64,000 nt of DNA from Acidobacteriota bacterium (GTDB taxonomy: Bacteria; Acidobacteriota; UBA6911; RPQK01; JAJDTT01). Below, in pieces: positions 1 through 10,414 of the stretch (position 1 is its first letter; each line of letters opens with the position of its first letter). The stretch lies in the NCBI GenBank assembly GCA_965217775.1, contig CBDCJH010000002.1, forward strand, positions 896,001 to 960,000, in the 5' to 3' direction. Below the pieces are notes generated by a model. It had not been told where the DNA came from and did no database searches. It saw nothing but the letters and a program-made list of their open reading frames with translations. A program made the position numbers and the translations under genes.

Positions 1-464
1 CGGTCGTTGTGTTGCTGCATGGGGTGCTCATGAACCAAAGCTTGTGGGACGAGGTGGTCGACGGTCTACGAGATCGCTACCGTTGCATCGTCCCGCTGCT
101 GCCTTTCGGCGCACACCAGTCGCCGATGCCCGATGATTCTGACCTTTCCCTCGAATCGATCGCGACCATGATTGCCGAATTCCTCGTGGAACTCGACCTA
201 TACAACGTCACACTCGTTTGCAACGACTGGGGCGGCGCGCAACTCGTCATCAGCCCCGGAGGGTCCGATCGTGTCGCAAATCTGGTCCTCGCCTCCTGCG
301 AAGCCTTCGACAACTACCCGCCGGCCCACGCCCAACGACTGTCCGAGCATTTCGAGAACTCGCAGTTGGTGTGGGTCGACGACAGCTGGACCCTGATTCC
401 AATCGACCAGCCGGAGATCCTGACGAACCATCTCCGTGCATTCCTTGCTGCGCACACACTCTGA
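1..464 (+). pseudogene. Alpha/beta hydrolase, 5' end outside window, apparently internally deleted (cap region missing)
   Basis: LLHG motif and NDWGG nucleophile elbow are followed almost immediately (DNYPP|AHAQRL) by the C-terminal segment (VDDSWTLIPIDQP); roughly 100 aa expected in between are absent. Confidence 0.6.
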
Positions 465-502
465 CCGAAAACCTGCTTCCGAGAAGAATGTAGGGGCACC
501 CT

Positions 503-525
503 GGAGGGGCGATTTCCAGTCGCCC
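503..525 (+). repeat. REP-like palindrome (GGAG-foot family)
   Basis: ggaggggcgatttccagtcgccc; near-identical to 44325-44347. Confidence 0.65.
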
Positions 526-802
526 GTTCCTCCGTTTCTCCGTACGTTCATTCCCCCATGCTCCGTCCGGAGTTCGGCGGATGCAAACCGCCGCCCCCAT
601 CCCATTTCTTCCGGGATTTCGCCGAGCCCCGACCGGTGGAAGAGCTTCCAAGAGGGGACCTATCGATAGACAGGTCCGCCTTCAGGGCATAGTGGCTCGT
701 TTCAGGGTTGAGAGCGGCCTACTTCGAGAGCGCCGGGTCTGGGGCATCGCCGGTGAATTGATTGTCGACGGTGGGAAAGCCGACGCCGGCGTCGAACGAA
801 CA

Positions 803-1945
803 CTATCCCGGCTTGGCGAAGGTCAGAACCCGGCGCGGGTTCTCCACCATGATCTGATGGAGGGCCTCCTCCGGAGCCCCCAAGCGCCTCAACTCGGGCA
901 GGACGAACTCCATCACGAAGGAAAATCCCATGCCTCCGTAGGTCTTCATCATGGTCTTGGTGCAGACGTCCTGCGAGAGGAGCAGCCGGTCCGCATATCC
1001 ATCGCGGATCAGTTGGACGATGGACCGGACCGTGTCGTAGTCGTGGACCCGTCCCAGCCGGGGGATCACCTCGCCCAAAAGGTCGAATTGGATATAGACC
1101 CCCCGCTCCAGCAGGCGCTTCATGTAGGGGATCTGGGTGGCGATGTGGTTGGAATGTCCGATGATGACCCGGTTCAGATCGGCGCCCTCCGCCTCCACCA
1201 TGTCCAGGACGGTGAATTTCCCCTCGCCCCGGCCGGCATGGTGAAAGGAAATGGCGGCTCCGGTGGCCCGGCTGGCGCGGGCGGCGGCACGGGTGCTCTT
1301 GAGCTCATTCGGATTGAGTGCCGTTCCCACGCCCACTTCACCGATGATGCCGGACTGGACCGCCGTGCCCTCGGCTCCGACGGTGATGTCTCGGATGATG
1401 ATCTCAGTCAGGTCCTCGACCGTACGGGAATCCATGTCCGGCGGATGAAAGCTGTGGGTGTACCAGCCTGCGCCCATGACGATGTGCAGGCCGGTGGCGT
1501 TGGACACTTGGAGCAGACCCGTAGGGTCGCGCCCCAGTCCGATGCTGGTGCAGTCCACGATCCCGCTGCCCCCCCAGCGCTTGAACTCCAGGACTTCGCG
1601 GATGGCCACGTCCACGTCGCCCAACAACATGTTGTCTTCGTTGGGCGAGACCCAGGAGCGAAGCCGGCTCAGATTCCGGAGGGAAACCGGTTCTTTGTAG
1701 TACGCCGCTTCAGTGGCTGTGAGCCCCTCCTTCGGCTTCCCGCGATAGTCGAGCAGGACGTGCTCGTGCATGATGGTGGGACCCACCTCGGCTGGATCGA
1801 CGGGACCCCTCACCGTCAGGATCTTTCCCGAAATGTCGGGAATGGCGTGACCGGCGCCACCGGCCACGGGAGCCCAGATCAATCCGGCAGCCACGAGTAG
1901 CCCGGCCACGAGCAAGAGTCGTCCTTGGAAAAGGGTCATAAGCAA
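803..1945 (-). CDS. Phosphotriesterase-related amidohydrolase (PTE family) with N-terminal signal/TM segment
   Basis: TVRGPV..GPTIMHEH metal motif, GLGRDP, IIGEVG, IIGHS, LLSQDVC motifs. Confidence 0.9.
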   Translation of the reverse strand: MLMTLFQGRLLLVAGLLVAAGLIWAPVAGGAGHAIPDISGKILTVRGPVDPAEVGPTIMHEHVLLDYRGKPKEGLTATEAAYYKEPVSLRNLSRLRSWVSPNEDNMLLGDVDVAIREVLEFKRWGGSGIVDCTSIGLGRDPTGLLQVSNATGLHIVMGAGWYTHSFHPPDMDSRTVEDLTEIIIRDITVGAEGTAVQSGIIGEVGVGTALNPNELKSTRAAARASRATGAAISFHHAGRGEGKFTVLDMVEAEGADLNRVIIGHSNHIATQIPYMKRLLERGVYIQFDLLGEVIPRLGRVHDYDTVRSIVQLIRDGYADRLLLSQDVCTKTMMKTYGGMGFSFVMEFVLPELRRLGAPEEALHQIMVENPRRVLTFAKPG

Positions 1946-2168
1946 CCTTCCTCAGTTTGGCTGAATCGTAGAATCCCGCAGGGCAAGTATCAAGCGATAT
2001 AGGACCTGGACTTCCCCAAATTTTTCAAGGTCGGGAGAACAAGAGGAGCAGGTTCAGGCGAGGATCGGGTCGAGGCGGTGCAATTCTCGTGTTTCGGCCA
2101 AACAAGAGCTGCTTGATCCCATCCGCAATGGCGTAGAAACGGAACTCGTTATGTGGTTAGCGACATAT

Positions 2169-2236
2169 TATGCGGGAGAACCGCACCTGTGGTTCGGAGG
2201 GAGGGGAGCCGGGTAACCGTGCTTCCCTACCCCTAT
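2169..2236 (+). ncRNA. Group II intron 3' remnant (partial domain V plus domain VI)
   Basis: tatgcgggagaaccgcacctgtggttc-ggagggaggggagccgggtaaccgtgcttccctacccctat resembles the DV-DVI consensus ending in ...CCTACCCCTAT; the catalytic-triad half of DV and the RT ORF are absent. Confidence 0.6.
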
Positions 2237-2335
2237 CGCCGGACCCGATCCACAACTGCGCCGATCGTGTTGACTCCTGACTCGATAGCCATTTAACATC
2301 CAACTGCAAACGACAATTTCCCGCTTCTATACCTG

Positions 2336-3613
2336 ATGGATCGCCGCAATTTCTTACAGGCAGGCTTGATGAGTTCGATCAGCACTGCCGCGCTCTGGGC
2401 CCAGAAAAAGGAAGGCGTCATGCCAACTACTCCTTCGCCGCCGTTCTCCGAGGAACGAAGCAAGCTGAAGATCACCGGTGTCCGTATGGTTCGCCCCAGG
2501 CCAAGACGACCGCTGCCCACCTACAAACCAGCTCCCGGCTCCTGGTCGACAGGTAACGTCGAAGTGGCGAATCCGATGTCTATCTATCCTGAATACAAGG
2601 CTCGTCGATCACTGTTCATGGCCCCGGACCTGGGGCCGTCGGCAGTAGAAATCACGACGGACAAGGGAGTTCGAGGGATTGGTTATGGGGGGCCAGGTGC
2701 GGGTTTTGTGATTGAGAAACACCTGGCTCAATTAATGGTCGACGAAGATCCGTTCAACCTGGAGCGACTTTGGGACATCATGTGGCGCTCGACGCTCTAC
2801 TACGGTCGCAAGGGAATGGTGGTGCACGCCATCAGCGCGGTAGACAACGCCCTTTGGGACCTCGTCGGTAACGCCCTGAAGATGCCCGTGTACCAACTCC
2901 TGGGAGGAGAAACCAAGTCACGCATTCCGAGTTATTGCACCGGTAACGATCTGGAACAGCACATCGAGTTTGGTTACACCAAGCTCAAGCTCGCGGTCCC
3001 CTACGGGCCGGCGGACGGCCTTCAGGGAATGAAGAAGAACGTGGAGTTGGTAGAGCGGGCGCGCAAGCTCCTGGGACCCAGTGGCGAGATCATGCTCGAC
3101 TGCTGGATGGCCCTCACCGAACGTTACACGCTCGAATTCGCCGAAGCTCTGGAGCCCTACCGTGTGTATTGGATGGAGGAGTGCTTGCCACCCGACAACT
3201 ACGCCGGCTTTGGACGCCTCAATGCTCAAATCAGCTCGACACGGATGGCCACCGGGGAACACGAGTACACACGCTACGGCTTCCAATTGCTTCTGGAATG
3301 CCAGGGGGCCGACATCTGGCAGCCGGATATGAACTGGTGCGGGGGGCTGACCGAATTGCGTCGAATCGGAGCCCTGGCTGCGACCCACGACATTCCCGTT
3401 ATTCCTCACGGTGGCTGGCGTGGAGGTGGTCCCCACTACATCATGGCCACGCCCAACAGCCCCTGGTGCGAGATGTTCCTGCCCTCACCCGGTGGCCCTG
3501 ATGAGGTCTACCAGCGATTCGAGGAAGAGAACAACATCAGCCGCGGCCCCGAGGGAATCTACATGCGACCCTCAGATCGGCCGGGTTTCGGATGGGACCT
3601 GGTTGTGGATTGA
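2336..3613 (+). CDS. Mandelate racemase/muconate lactonizing family enolase (L-rhamnonate dehydratase-like) with Tat signal
   Basis: MDRRNFL twin-arginine leader; AISAVDNALWDL, PVYQLLGG, MLDCW, WMEECLPP, TGEHEYT, QPDMNWCGG, PHG motifs. Confidence 0.88.
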   Translation: MDRRNFLQAGLMSSISTAALWAQKKEGVMPTTPSPPFSEERSKLKITGVRMVRPRPRRPLPTYKPAPGSWSTGNVEVANPMSIYPEYKARRSLFMAPDLGPSAVEITTDKGVRGIGYGGPGAGFVIEKHLAQLMVDEDPFNLERLWDIMWRSTLYYGRKGMVVHAISAVDNALWDLVGNALKMPVYQLLGGETKSRIPSYCTGNDLEQHIEFGYTKLKLAVPYGPADGLQGMKKNVELVERARKLLGPSGEIMLDCWMALTERYTLEFAEALEPYRVYWMEECLPPDNYAGFGRLNAQISSTRMATGEHEYTRYGFQLLLECQGADIWQPDMNWCGGLTELRRIGALAATHDIPVIPHGGWRGGGPHYIMATPNSPWCEMFLPSPGGPDEVYQRFEEENNISRGPEGIYMRPSDRPGFGWDLVVD

Positions 3614-3895
3614 TACAGCAGCCAGCACCGACGGTCCCGGACTCGAGCCTCGCATCAGTTGAACGTCGTACTCGTCGCTCGGTCGTAAGCCCTGTCAGGA
3701 TGGCGCTGGCGACGCCTCGCCGCGCACACCTGTAGTTCCTTGGTCGAGAAAAAGTTCACAAACTGGTCAAGTTGTGGAATACAAGAGAAAGTCTCGGGAC
3801 CTTGAGGGAACACTCGTAGAGATCGTGCTGACGCAGAACCGGCAGATTAGAGGGGTCTTTGCGAGGCAGGAGCCGCTGCAAGTCGTTGAAAAGAT

Positions 3896-3933
<38 letters not shown>

Positions 3934-4018
3934 CTTTCAGTCCTCCTTACTATCTCCGATTTGCTCACGGCTTCTTGTGCGATGGACTCCACGTGACCAG
4001 TTGGTTGCTCGAATCGCA

Positions 4019-7000
4019 ATGACGAAAATCTGGGTTCCCTTGTTCGTTTTGTTGCTGTTGCCCGCCTCCTATTCGGAGCAGAGACCCGCTGAGCGGTTGG
4101 AGACCGCTCAGCCCCCGTTCGATGATTCCATTCAATACCAGACTCAGGAGCCGGAGGAGCCGACTCTGTACTTCCCGGATTACGTGGACGGAGGCGGATG
4201 GTCCGTCCAGTTGGCGCTCAGCAATGTCGACCCGGACACAGCCGCCGAGGTAGTCGTTGAAGTCTACGACCAGGACGGCGGGTCGATCGTGGATCTGTTC
4301 GACACGGGATTGACCTTCGAGATCCCGCCCCTGGGCAGCCGAGTGTTGAAGAGCTCGGGCACGGGGGCGATTCGACGTGGCTGGATTCAGGTCCGGACCG
4401 GGACGGACTCGGTCAGTGGGCTGTTGACCTACAGGGAGGGAACGACCGGGATCGAGGTGAGCGTGGAACCGGCCGAGCTGGGCGACCTTTTCGCCCTGTT
4501 CGTCGAGGAGTCGGCCGACGTGGGCGCCGGCGTGGCGGTGTTCAAGCCGGAGGCCCCGCCCAGCATCCAGCTCCGAGTCCGCGACGACGAGGGAGACGAC
4601 CCGTTGGATGGGGCGTTCGTCTCCCGGGGAAACTTTCACCAAGACGCGCTCACGCTTCCGGAATGGTTCACCGCAGAAGGCATCGACAAGGGATTCGCGA
4701 GCGACTTCCGGGGTCTCCTGCTGCTACAGACCGAGGACGAATCGCTCTTCGCCCCGCTGGGGTTGCGGTTCGGCAAGAGAAACCAATCGCTTTCGTCGGT
4801 TCCCGCCATTCGGGATGAGACTCCGGAGCCGACGGAGACGACCCTGTACTTCCCGGACTACGTGGACGGAAGCGGCTGGTCCGTGCAGTTGGCGCTTAGC
4901 AACGTCGACGCCGAGAACGCCGCCGATATCCGCGTGGAGGTGTTCGACCAACCCGGCCAACGGGTCTCGGACCTGTTCGATTCCGAATCGGCGTTCGAGA
5001 TCCCGTCGCTGGGCAGCCGGGTGCTGCGGAGCGCAGGCGCGGGGTCGATCCGGCGCGGCTGGATCGAGGTGGAGTCAGATTCGGCGTCGGTCAGCGGGTT
5101 GTTGACCTACCGGCAGTCCGAGACGGGAGTCGAGGTCAGCGTGAAGCCGGTGGAGTTGGGAAGCCAATTCGCCCTGTTCGTGGAGGAATCGTCAGCGATC
5201 GGCGCCGGGGTGGCCATCTTCAAACCGGATGCTGCCCCGAATGTCGAGCTGCGGATTCGGGACGAAGAGGGAAACGACCCGTTGAACGGGGTGTTCATCC
5301 CCCGGGGAGACTTTCACCAAGAGGCGCTCACGCTGCCGGAATGGCTCGCCGTGGTGAATACGGGATTCCTGAGCGACTTCCGAGGTCTGCTGTTCATTCG
5401 ATCGGAGGACGATTCGCAATTCGCCCCGCTGGGCTTGCGATTCGGGAAGACGAACTCGTCGCTCTCGTCGGTGCCGGCGATCCGGATCAGGGACGAAGGC
5501 GGGACTGGCGGCCAGACTCCTGCGCCGACAGTGACGCTGTCGGTTGCTCCGAGCTTGATTAATTTGGGCGAGAGCGCCACGTTGACGTGGTCCTCGACGA
5601 ATGCGGAGAGCGTGGAGATCACACCGGACCTCGGCACAGTCCCGGCAGCGGGCTCGCGAAAGGTGTCGCCGCGCACGACGACGACGTACCGAATCACGGT
5701 GCGCGGCGCCGACGGCCAGACGCGGACGGCATCCGTTACGGTCAGAGTGGCTGTAATAGTGGTCTCCCAGCGGGACGCGCTGACGGCGCTCTACCAATCC
5801 ACCGGCGGACCCGATTGGTATGACAGCGGGAGCTGGGGGACCAGCCGGCCTCTCAGGGATTGGCATGGGATCACCGTAGATGATCAGGGACGCGTGACGG
5901 AGTTAAATCTCTATCGCAATGGTCTGGGCGGGCCCATACCGCCCGAGCTCGGCAGCCTCACAAGCCTGAGGGAACTGGATCTCGGGGATAACGGCCTCAC
6001 GGGATCGATCCCGTCCGAGCTCGGCAACCTCACAAACCTGACGAGGTTGCGTCTCCTCGACAACCATCTCACGGGGCCGATCCCGCCCGAACTCGGCAAC
6101 CTCACAAGCCTGAGGACGCTGGATCTCGGGGAAAACCGCCTCACGGGACCGATCCCGCCCGAGCTCGGCAACCTCACAAACCTGAGGGATCTGCTTCTCG
6201 GGAGAAACGGCCTCGCGGGATCGATCCCGCCCGAGCTCGGCGACCTCACAAACCTGACGGAACTGCGGCTCGACGGGAACGATCTGACGGGGCCGATCCC
6301 GCCCGAACTCGGCTACCTCACAAACCTGACGGAACTGCGGCTCGAAGAAAACCATCTCACGGGGACGATCCCACGCGAACTCGGCGATCTCACGCGCCTG
6401 AGGGAACTGCCGCTTGCGGGGAACCAGCTCACGGGACCGATCCCGCCCGAACTCGGCAACCTCACGAACCTGACGGAGCTGAATCTCGGGCAGAACGATC
6501 TCACGGGACCGATCCCTCCTGAACTCGTCAACCTCACAAGCCTGACGGAACTGAATCTCTCGGGGAACTCCGGCATGGCGGGGATCCTTCCAACCGAATT
6601 GACTGGTCTTGGCCGGCTCAGAACGCTATTGGCCGGCGGAACGGATCTTTGCGCACCCTCGAATCCCGACTTCCAGACTTGGATCGAAGGCATCTACCGG
6701 CTGCGGGTTGCTACTTGTGCGAATGATAGCGCAGCCAATGCATACCTCACCCAGACGGTGCAGTCACGCGAGTATCCGGTTCCGCTGGTCGCCGGAGAGA
6801 AGGCGCTGCTGCGGGTTTTCGTCACCGCCGCGAGTCCCACGACGGCGGGCATCCCTCCCGTTCGAGCCCGGTTCTACGTGGACGGAACGGAGATCCATGT
6901 GGCCGACATTCCGGCGCGTACGGCGTCCATCACAACCGAGGTTTACGAGGGAGAACTCTCACGATCGTCCAACGCCGAGATCCCCGGCGAGATCGTGCGG

Positions 7001-8245
7001 CCGGGTCTTGAGATGGTCGTCGAGATCGACCCGGAAGGAACGCTGGATTCCGGTCTCGTGATGGAAAGTCGGATCCCGGACACGGGCCGCATGGCGGTCG
7101 ATGTGCGGGAGATGCCCGCGCTCCACCTGACGGTGATTCCCTTCCTATGGAGCGCCAATCCCCATCGGGCGGTCGTGGAAACAGCCGAGGCTATGGAGGC
7201 GGACCCGGAGGGCCATGAGCTACTGTGGAAGACTCGTACGCTGCTGCCGATAAAAGACCTCGAAGTGACGGCCCACGCACCCGTGATGACTTCGAATTCG
7301 CCCGACGAATTTTACTCGCTATTCGAGGAGACGGAAGCGATTCGGGCCATGGAGGGCGGGAGCGGCCACTACATGGGCACAATGTCGAACCCGGGTAAGG
7401 TAGGGCGGGCAGGATCGGCGACCATCGGCGGACGGGTGTTCATCTCGAGACTAAACCCGTTTACCATAGCTCACGAACTCGGCCACCTCATGAGCCTCTA
7501 CCACGCTCCCTGCGGGGGCGCAGGGGGACCGGACCCGGCGTTTCCCTCCCCGGGCGGATCGATCGGTGCCTGGGGGTACGACTTCCGCTATGGGGGCACA
7601 TTGACGTCACCAAGCAGGCCGGACATTATGTCCTACTGCGTCCCTGCGTGGATCAGCGACTATCACTTCGCCAACGCACTCCGCTTTCGCCTCTTCGACG
7701 AGGGGCCGCCCCGGCCGGCGAGCCTGATCGCTCAGGACGAGAGACCGCCCCGGCCGGCGAGCCTGATCGCTCAAGAAGCAAAGTCCCTCCTCCTATGGGG
7801 TGGGATGGATGCGGAGGGCCAACTCTTCCTCAACCCATCCTTCGTCGTCGATGCCTCCACTACGCTGCCCAGGGCCACCGGTGAGCACCGGATCATCGGG
7901 CGGAGCGGTAGCGGCGACGAGCTCTTTTCCGTCGGCTTCACCATGCCCGACGTGGCCGACGGTGACGGGAGATCATCCTTCGCCTTCGTCCTCCCGGTTG
8001 AGCCCGGCTGGGCGGTCAGCCTGGCAAGCATCACGCTCTCCGGGCCCGGTGGGTCGGTGACGCTCGACAGCGACACCGATATCCCCCTGTTTATCCTGGT
8101 CGATCCGAACACCAGGCAGGTGAGAGGAATCCTGCGCGACCTGCCTCAGGCAGGCGCGTCGGCGCTCGTCCATCAAGCAGGCACCGACCGTCTCGATGTG
8201 CTCTTCAGCCGCGGGATCCCCGACGCCGCAGCGTGGGGTCCGTGA
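4019..8245 (+). CDS. Large secreted mosaic protein: two ~220-aa repeated domains, Ig-like segment, ~10 LRRs, zinc metallopeptidase (M66-like) domain
   Basis: Signal peptide MTKIWVPLFVLLLL; duplicated LYFPDYVDG.GWSVQLALSNVD domain; 24-aa LxxLxLxxNxLTGPIPPELGNL repeats; HELGHLMSLYH zincin motif and DIMSYC Met-turn. Confidence 0.85.
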   Translation: MTKIWVPLFVLLLLPASYSEQRPAERLETAQPPFDDSIQYQTQEPEEPTLYFPDYVDGGGWSVQLALSNVDPDTAAEVVVEVYDQDGGSIVDLFDTGLTFEIPPLGSRVLKSSGTGAIRRGWIQVRTGTDSVSGLLTYREGTTGIEVSVEPAELGDLFALFVEESADVGAGVAVFKPEAPPSIQLRVRDDEGDDPLDGAFVSRGNFHQDALTLPEWFTAEGIDKGFASDFRGLLLLQTEDESLFAPLGLRFGKRNQSLSSVPAIRDETPEPTETTLYFPDYVDGSGWSVQLALSNVDAENAADIRVEVFDQPGQRVSDLFDSESAFEIPSLGSRVLRSAGAGSIRRGWIEVESDSASVSGLLTYRQSETGVEVSVKPVELGSQFALFVEESSAIGAGVAIFKPDAAPNVELRIRDEEGNDPLNGVFIPRGDFHQEALTLPEWLAVVNTGFLSDFRGLLFIRSEDDSQFAPLGLRFGKTNSSLSSVPAIRIRDEGGTGGQTPAPTVTLSVAPSLINLGESATLTWSSTNAESVEITPDLGTVPAAGSRKVSPRTTTTYRITVRGADGQTRTASVTVRVAVIVVSQRDALTALYQSTGGPDWYDSGSWGTSRPLRDWHGITVDDQGRVTELNLYRNGLGGPIPPELGSLTSLRELDLGDNGLTGSIPSELGNLTNLTRLRLLDNHLTGPIPPELGNLTSLRTLDLGENRLTGPIPPELGNLTNLRDLLLGRNGLAGSIPPELGDLTNLTELRLDGNDLTGPIPPELGYLTNLTELRLEENHLTGTIPRELGDLTRLRELPLAGNQLTGPIPPELGNLTNLTELNLGQNDLTGPIPPELVNLTSLTELNLSGNSGMAGILPTELTGLGRLRTLLAGGTDLCAPSNPDFQTWIEGIYRLRVATCANDSAANAYLTQTVQSREYPVPLVAGEKALLRVFVTAASPTTAGIPPVRARFYVDGTEIHVADIPARTASITTEVYEGELSRSSNAEIPGEIVRPGLEMVVEIDPEGTLDSGLVMESRIPDTGRMAVDVREMPALHLTVIPFLWSANPHRAVVETAEAMEADPEGHELLWKTRTLLPIKDLEVTAHAPVMTSNSPDEFYSLFEETEAIRAMEGGSGHYMGTMSNPGKVGRAGSATIGGRVFISRLNPFTIAHELGHLMSLYHAPCGGAGGPDPAFPSPGGSIGAWGYDFRYGGTLTSPSRPDIMSYCVPAWISDYHFANALRFRLFDEGPPRPASLIAQDERPPRPASLIAQEAKSLLLWGGMDAEGQLFLNPSFVVDASTTLPRATGEHRIIGRSGSGDELFSVGFTMPDVADGDGRSSFAFVLPVEPGWAVSLASITLSGPGGSVTLDSDTDIPLFILVDPNTRQVRGILRDLPQAGASALVHQAGTDRLDVLFSRGIPDAAAWGP
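7706..7773 (+). repeat. 39-bp period in-frame duplication (PPRPASLIAQ x2)
   Basis: ccgccccggccggcgagcctgatcgctca at 7706 and 7745. Confidence 0.85.
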
Positions 8246-8434
8246 AGGATCGGTCGGTCAGGCGACCATCGTTTCGCGCTCGGTGACGATCTGTGCCGCG
8301 GCTGTTTTTGGCGTGGCCGACAGGCCCAAGCTCAAAATCAGGGTCTGCAGACGAGTCATGGATCGCGGCCGGAAAGATGCAAGATCTTCGGGGAGTGGAC
8401 TGACATCCGGAACGGGTCCTTCAGGTTGACGGTC

Positions 8435-8537
8435 GCGGCGGCTCGTCAGCCGGGCACCCCACGCACATGACGCCTCACTCCTTCTGCGTCATCGTCGTTA
8501 CCGCCCTGCTGTCCCAGAAGGTACCCGCCGAGGAGGT
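8435..8537 (+). pseudogene. Tyrosine recombinase C-terminal fragment
   Basis: Nucleotide-similar to 15811-15915; encodes degenerate TPHSF.V.VVTALLSQKVP. Confidence 0.6.
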
Positions 8538-9037
8538 CCCGTCAGCCGGATCAGCCGGACCGAATACGTGACTGTCCCCTTTTCGCCCCGCGCATGAGGC
8601 GCCGCCGGGGCGGGTTGGAGGACTTCATTCTCCGCAGTCGGAAGATCCTGACTCCGATGAGGGGACCTATGCCGGAATGAAACCAGGGAGGGTGGTGGAA
8701 TAGAATATCTAACAGGCTGGCTCTTCCTCCGGCATAGGTCGAGTTGGCTTAGAGCCTGCCGGGTGCTGCTACACTTGGCGGGCTCGCCTTCGGGAAACCA
8801 AGAATACCGCAGGGGAAAACTCAGGACAAGAAACGACCGATTGGGTTGGCGGCCTAAACCTTCTGCCCCGGCGGCCGGCCCGCGCCCAGTTGTCACTCGG
8901 GTTCCCCTCTGAACTGTTCTCGACAGGTCATCGCTGTGGTTTCCGTGCTCTTCCTCCGGAACGACACCCATAGATGTGATTTTTCCGCTGGAATGGGCTC
9001 ACCGAGGCCAGGAGTGGAGGGCGGTTCGGGACCAGAT

Positions 9038-9550
9038 CTATTGTGGAGCTTCGTAGACCACGATGGTCTCGCTCTTCGTGCCAGCATCGGCAGCTGCGCC
9101 GATTCCGGCTCCAATTGCTGTTGCAAGCCCAATTGTTATCAAGGTTCCCACCAACAATTGGCCCCCACTAGCGTCAACAGTTCCGCTAGTGGCAATTCCG
9201 ATAAAAGATACCCCGGCTCCCACTGCGGCTCCCACTGTGGCTCCCACTTCGGCTCCGTTGCCCCCGCCATCCTGCTTCCCAGTTGTAATGGTCTGGATGT
9301 CCACTTTCGGAACGACCGCCCGAGCGGAGCGGGTCTCGATGTCCACCTCTGACTCTGACAGGCCTTCTAATTCCCCTTCGACCCGATCCCCGTTCTTGAA
9401 CTCCACTATAATAGGTGTTCCCAACTCCAGGTCGGAGACCTTCTCCCACCTCCCTGGGATCACCTCCGCATGTGCTGGCATGGAGATCAATCCGGCCAGA
9501 ATCAAAGAGACGATTTGGATCCGGCCTGGTTTCATTGTCTGGGATATCAT
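9038..9550 (-). CDS. Secreted/membrane protein with glycine-zipper C-terminus
   Basis: RBS aaggagg before start; signal peptide (ILAGLISMPAHA); GAxVGAxVGA and GAGIGAAAD repeats. Confidence 0.7.
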   Translation of the reverse strand: MISQTMKPGRIQIVSLILAGLISMPAHAEVIPGRWEKVSDLELGTPIIVEFKNGDRVEGELEGLSESEVDIETRSARAVVPKVDIQTITTGKQDGGGNGAEVGATVGAAVGAGVSFIGIATSGTVDASGGQLLVGTLITIGLATAIGAGIGAAADAGTKSETIVVYEAPQ

Positions 9551-9744
9551 CACGGCACCTCCTTCTGCCCGGGTCTCCTGCCCCCGACGGGACATCCCCA
9601 CAGAGGGCAGGAGGTACGCATCAGGAAATGTGATTTTGTCGCCGGGATGGGCTCACCGGGTTGGAAACAAGGGGAGATCGAGCGCCCCGGCCGACGGAGA
9701 ATATGGGAAGTCAGGGGGGTGGATCAGGCTCCAATAAGTTGATC

Positions 9745-10017
9745 TTATTGGACTCTGGCTCCTCTTGGAGGAGTCTCAAGCGGCATGCTCTTCCGGTCCA
9801 TCGCCCAGCCCGCCGCATATCCGAGTGCCCCTCCCCCGGCGGTGCTGCCGATCAGGGCAACCGCATTCCATCCATTTAAGGATTCACCAAAGGGACGCGA
9901 CGATCCCGCGATCCAAAGCCCTCCAACGATTCCGGTCACCAAACCGACCGTGAAGAGAATCTTTCGGTTCTTCGATCCTTCCGTCCAGCGCACGGTGGAA
10001 ATCCGCCCATCTGTCAC
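9745..10017 (-). CDS. Short glycine-zipper membrane protein or truncated paralog
   Basis: Two Gly-rich hydrophobic segments (GLVTGIVGG; GGGALGYAAGWAMD); start uncertain. Confidence 0.4.
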   Translation of the reverse strand: MTDGRISTVRWTEGSKNRKILFTVGLVTGIVGGLWIAGSSRPFGESLNGWNAVALIGSTAGGGALGYAAGWAMDRKSMPLETPPRGARVQ

Positions 10018-10105
10018 GCAGCCAACACCAAAATGTTCTCAAGCACTCCTGAATCTCGCCGCTGTGGATGTCGTTCAAGCCGTCTCTCGCCTCTCTTCGG
10101 TTAAA

Positions 10106-10414
10106 TCAAGCGGAGGGCTCTTCAGGCCAGGGATCGACCACCCGGAAATCCAGCCGCCGTACCAGAGACCGGTTCCAGAACTCATTGACCTTAGACATCA
10201 AGGGTTGAGCCATCCCCTGGAGCACCCGCTCCCACTCGCGACCGGAGACGCCGATCTCCAGAGTGCGGTTGCGCAGACGTAGCGGCGGCGTCGATTTCGC
10301 CAATCCATCCCCCACGATCCGGGGCCAGAACTCCTTCAGGAAGATCACCGCCACCTCTTCATCCCGGATCACCTCCTGCACCCACAGGAGGAACAGCGGA
10401 CCCACCACCCTCAT
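10106..10414 (-). CDS. DUF721/DciA family protein
   Basis: WPRIVG..LA..T.P.RLRNRTLEIGV...W...L pattern; start approximate. Confidence 0.7.
   Translation of the reverse strand: MRVVGPLFLLWVQEVIRDEEVAVIFLKEFWPRIVGDGLAKSTPPLRLRNRTLEIGVSGREWERVLQGMAQPLMSKVNEFWNRSLVRRLDFRVVDPWPEEPSA

Noticed and set aside
2148-2175. dif-like XerCD site
   Set aside because: Only one arm loosely resembles dif; no convincing XerD arm at the right spacing.
5900-6570. 72-bp periodic repeats as a CRISPR or DGR signal
   Set aside because: Fully explained by in-frame LRR coding repeats.
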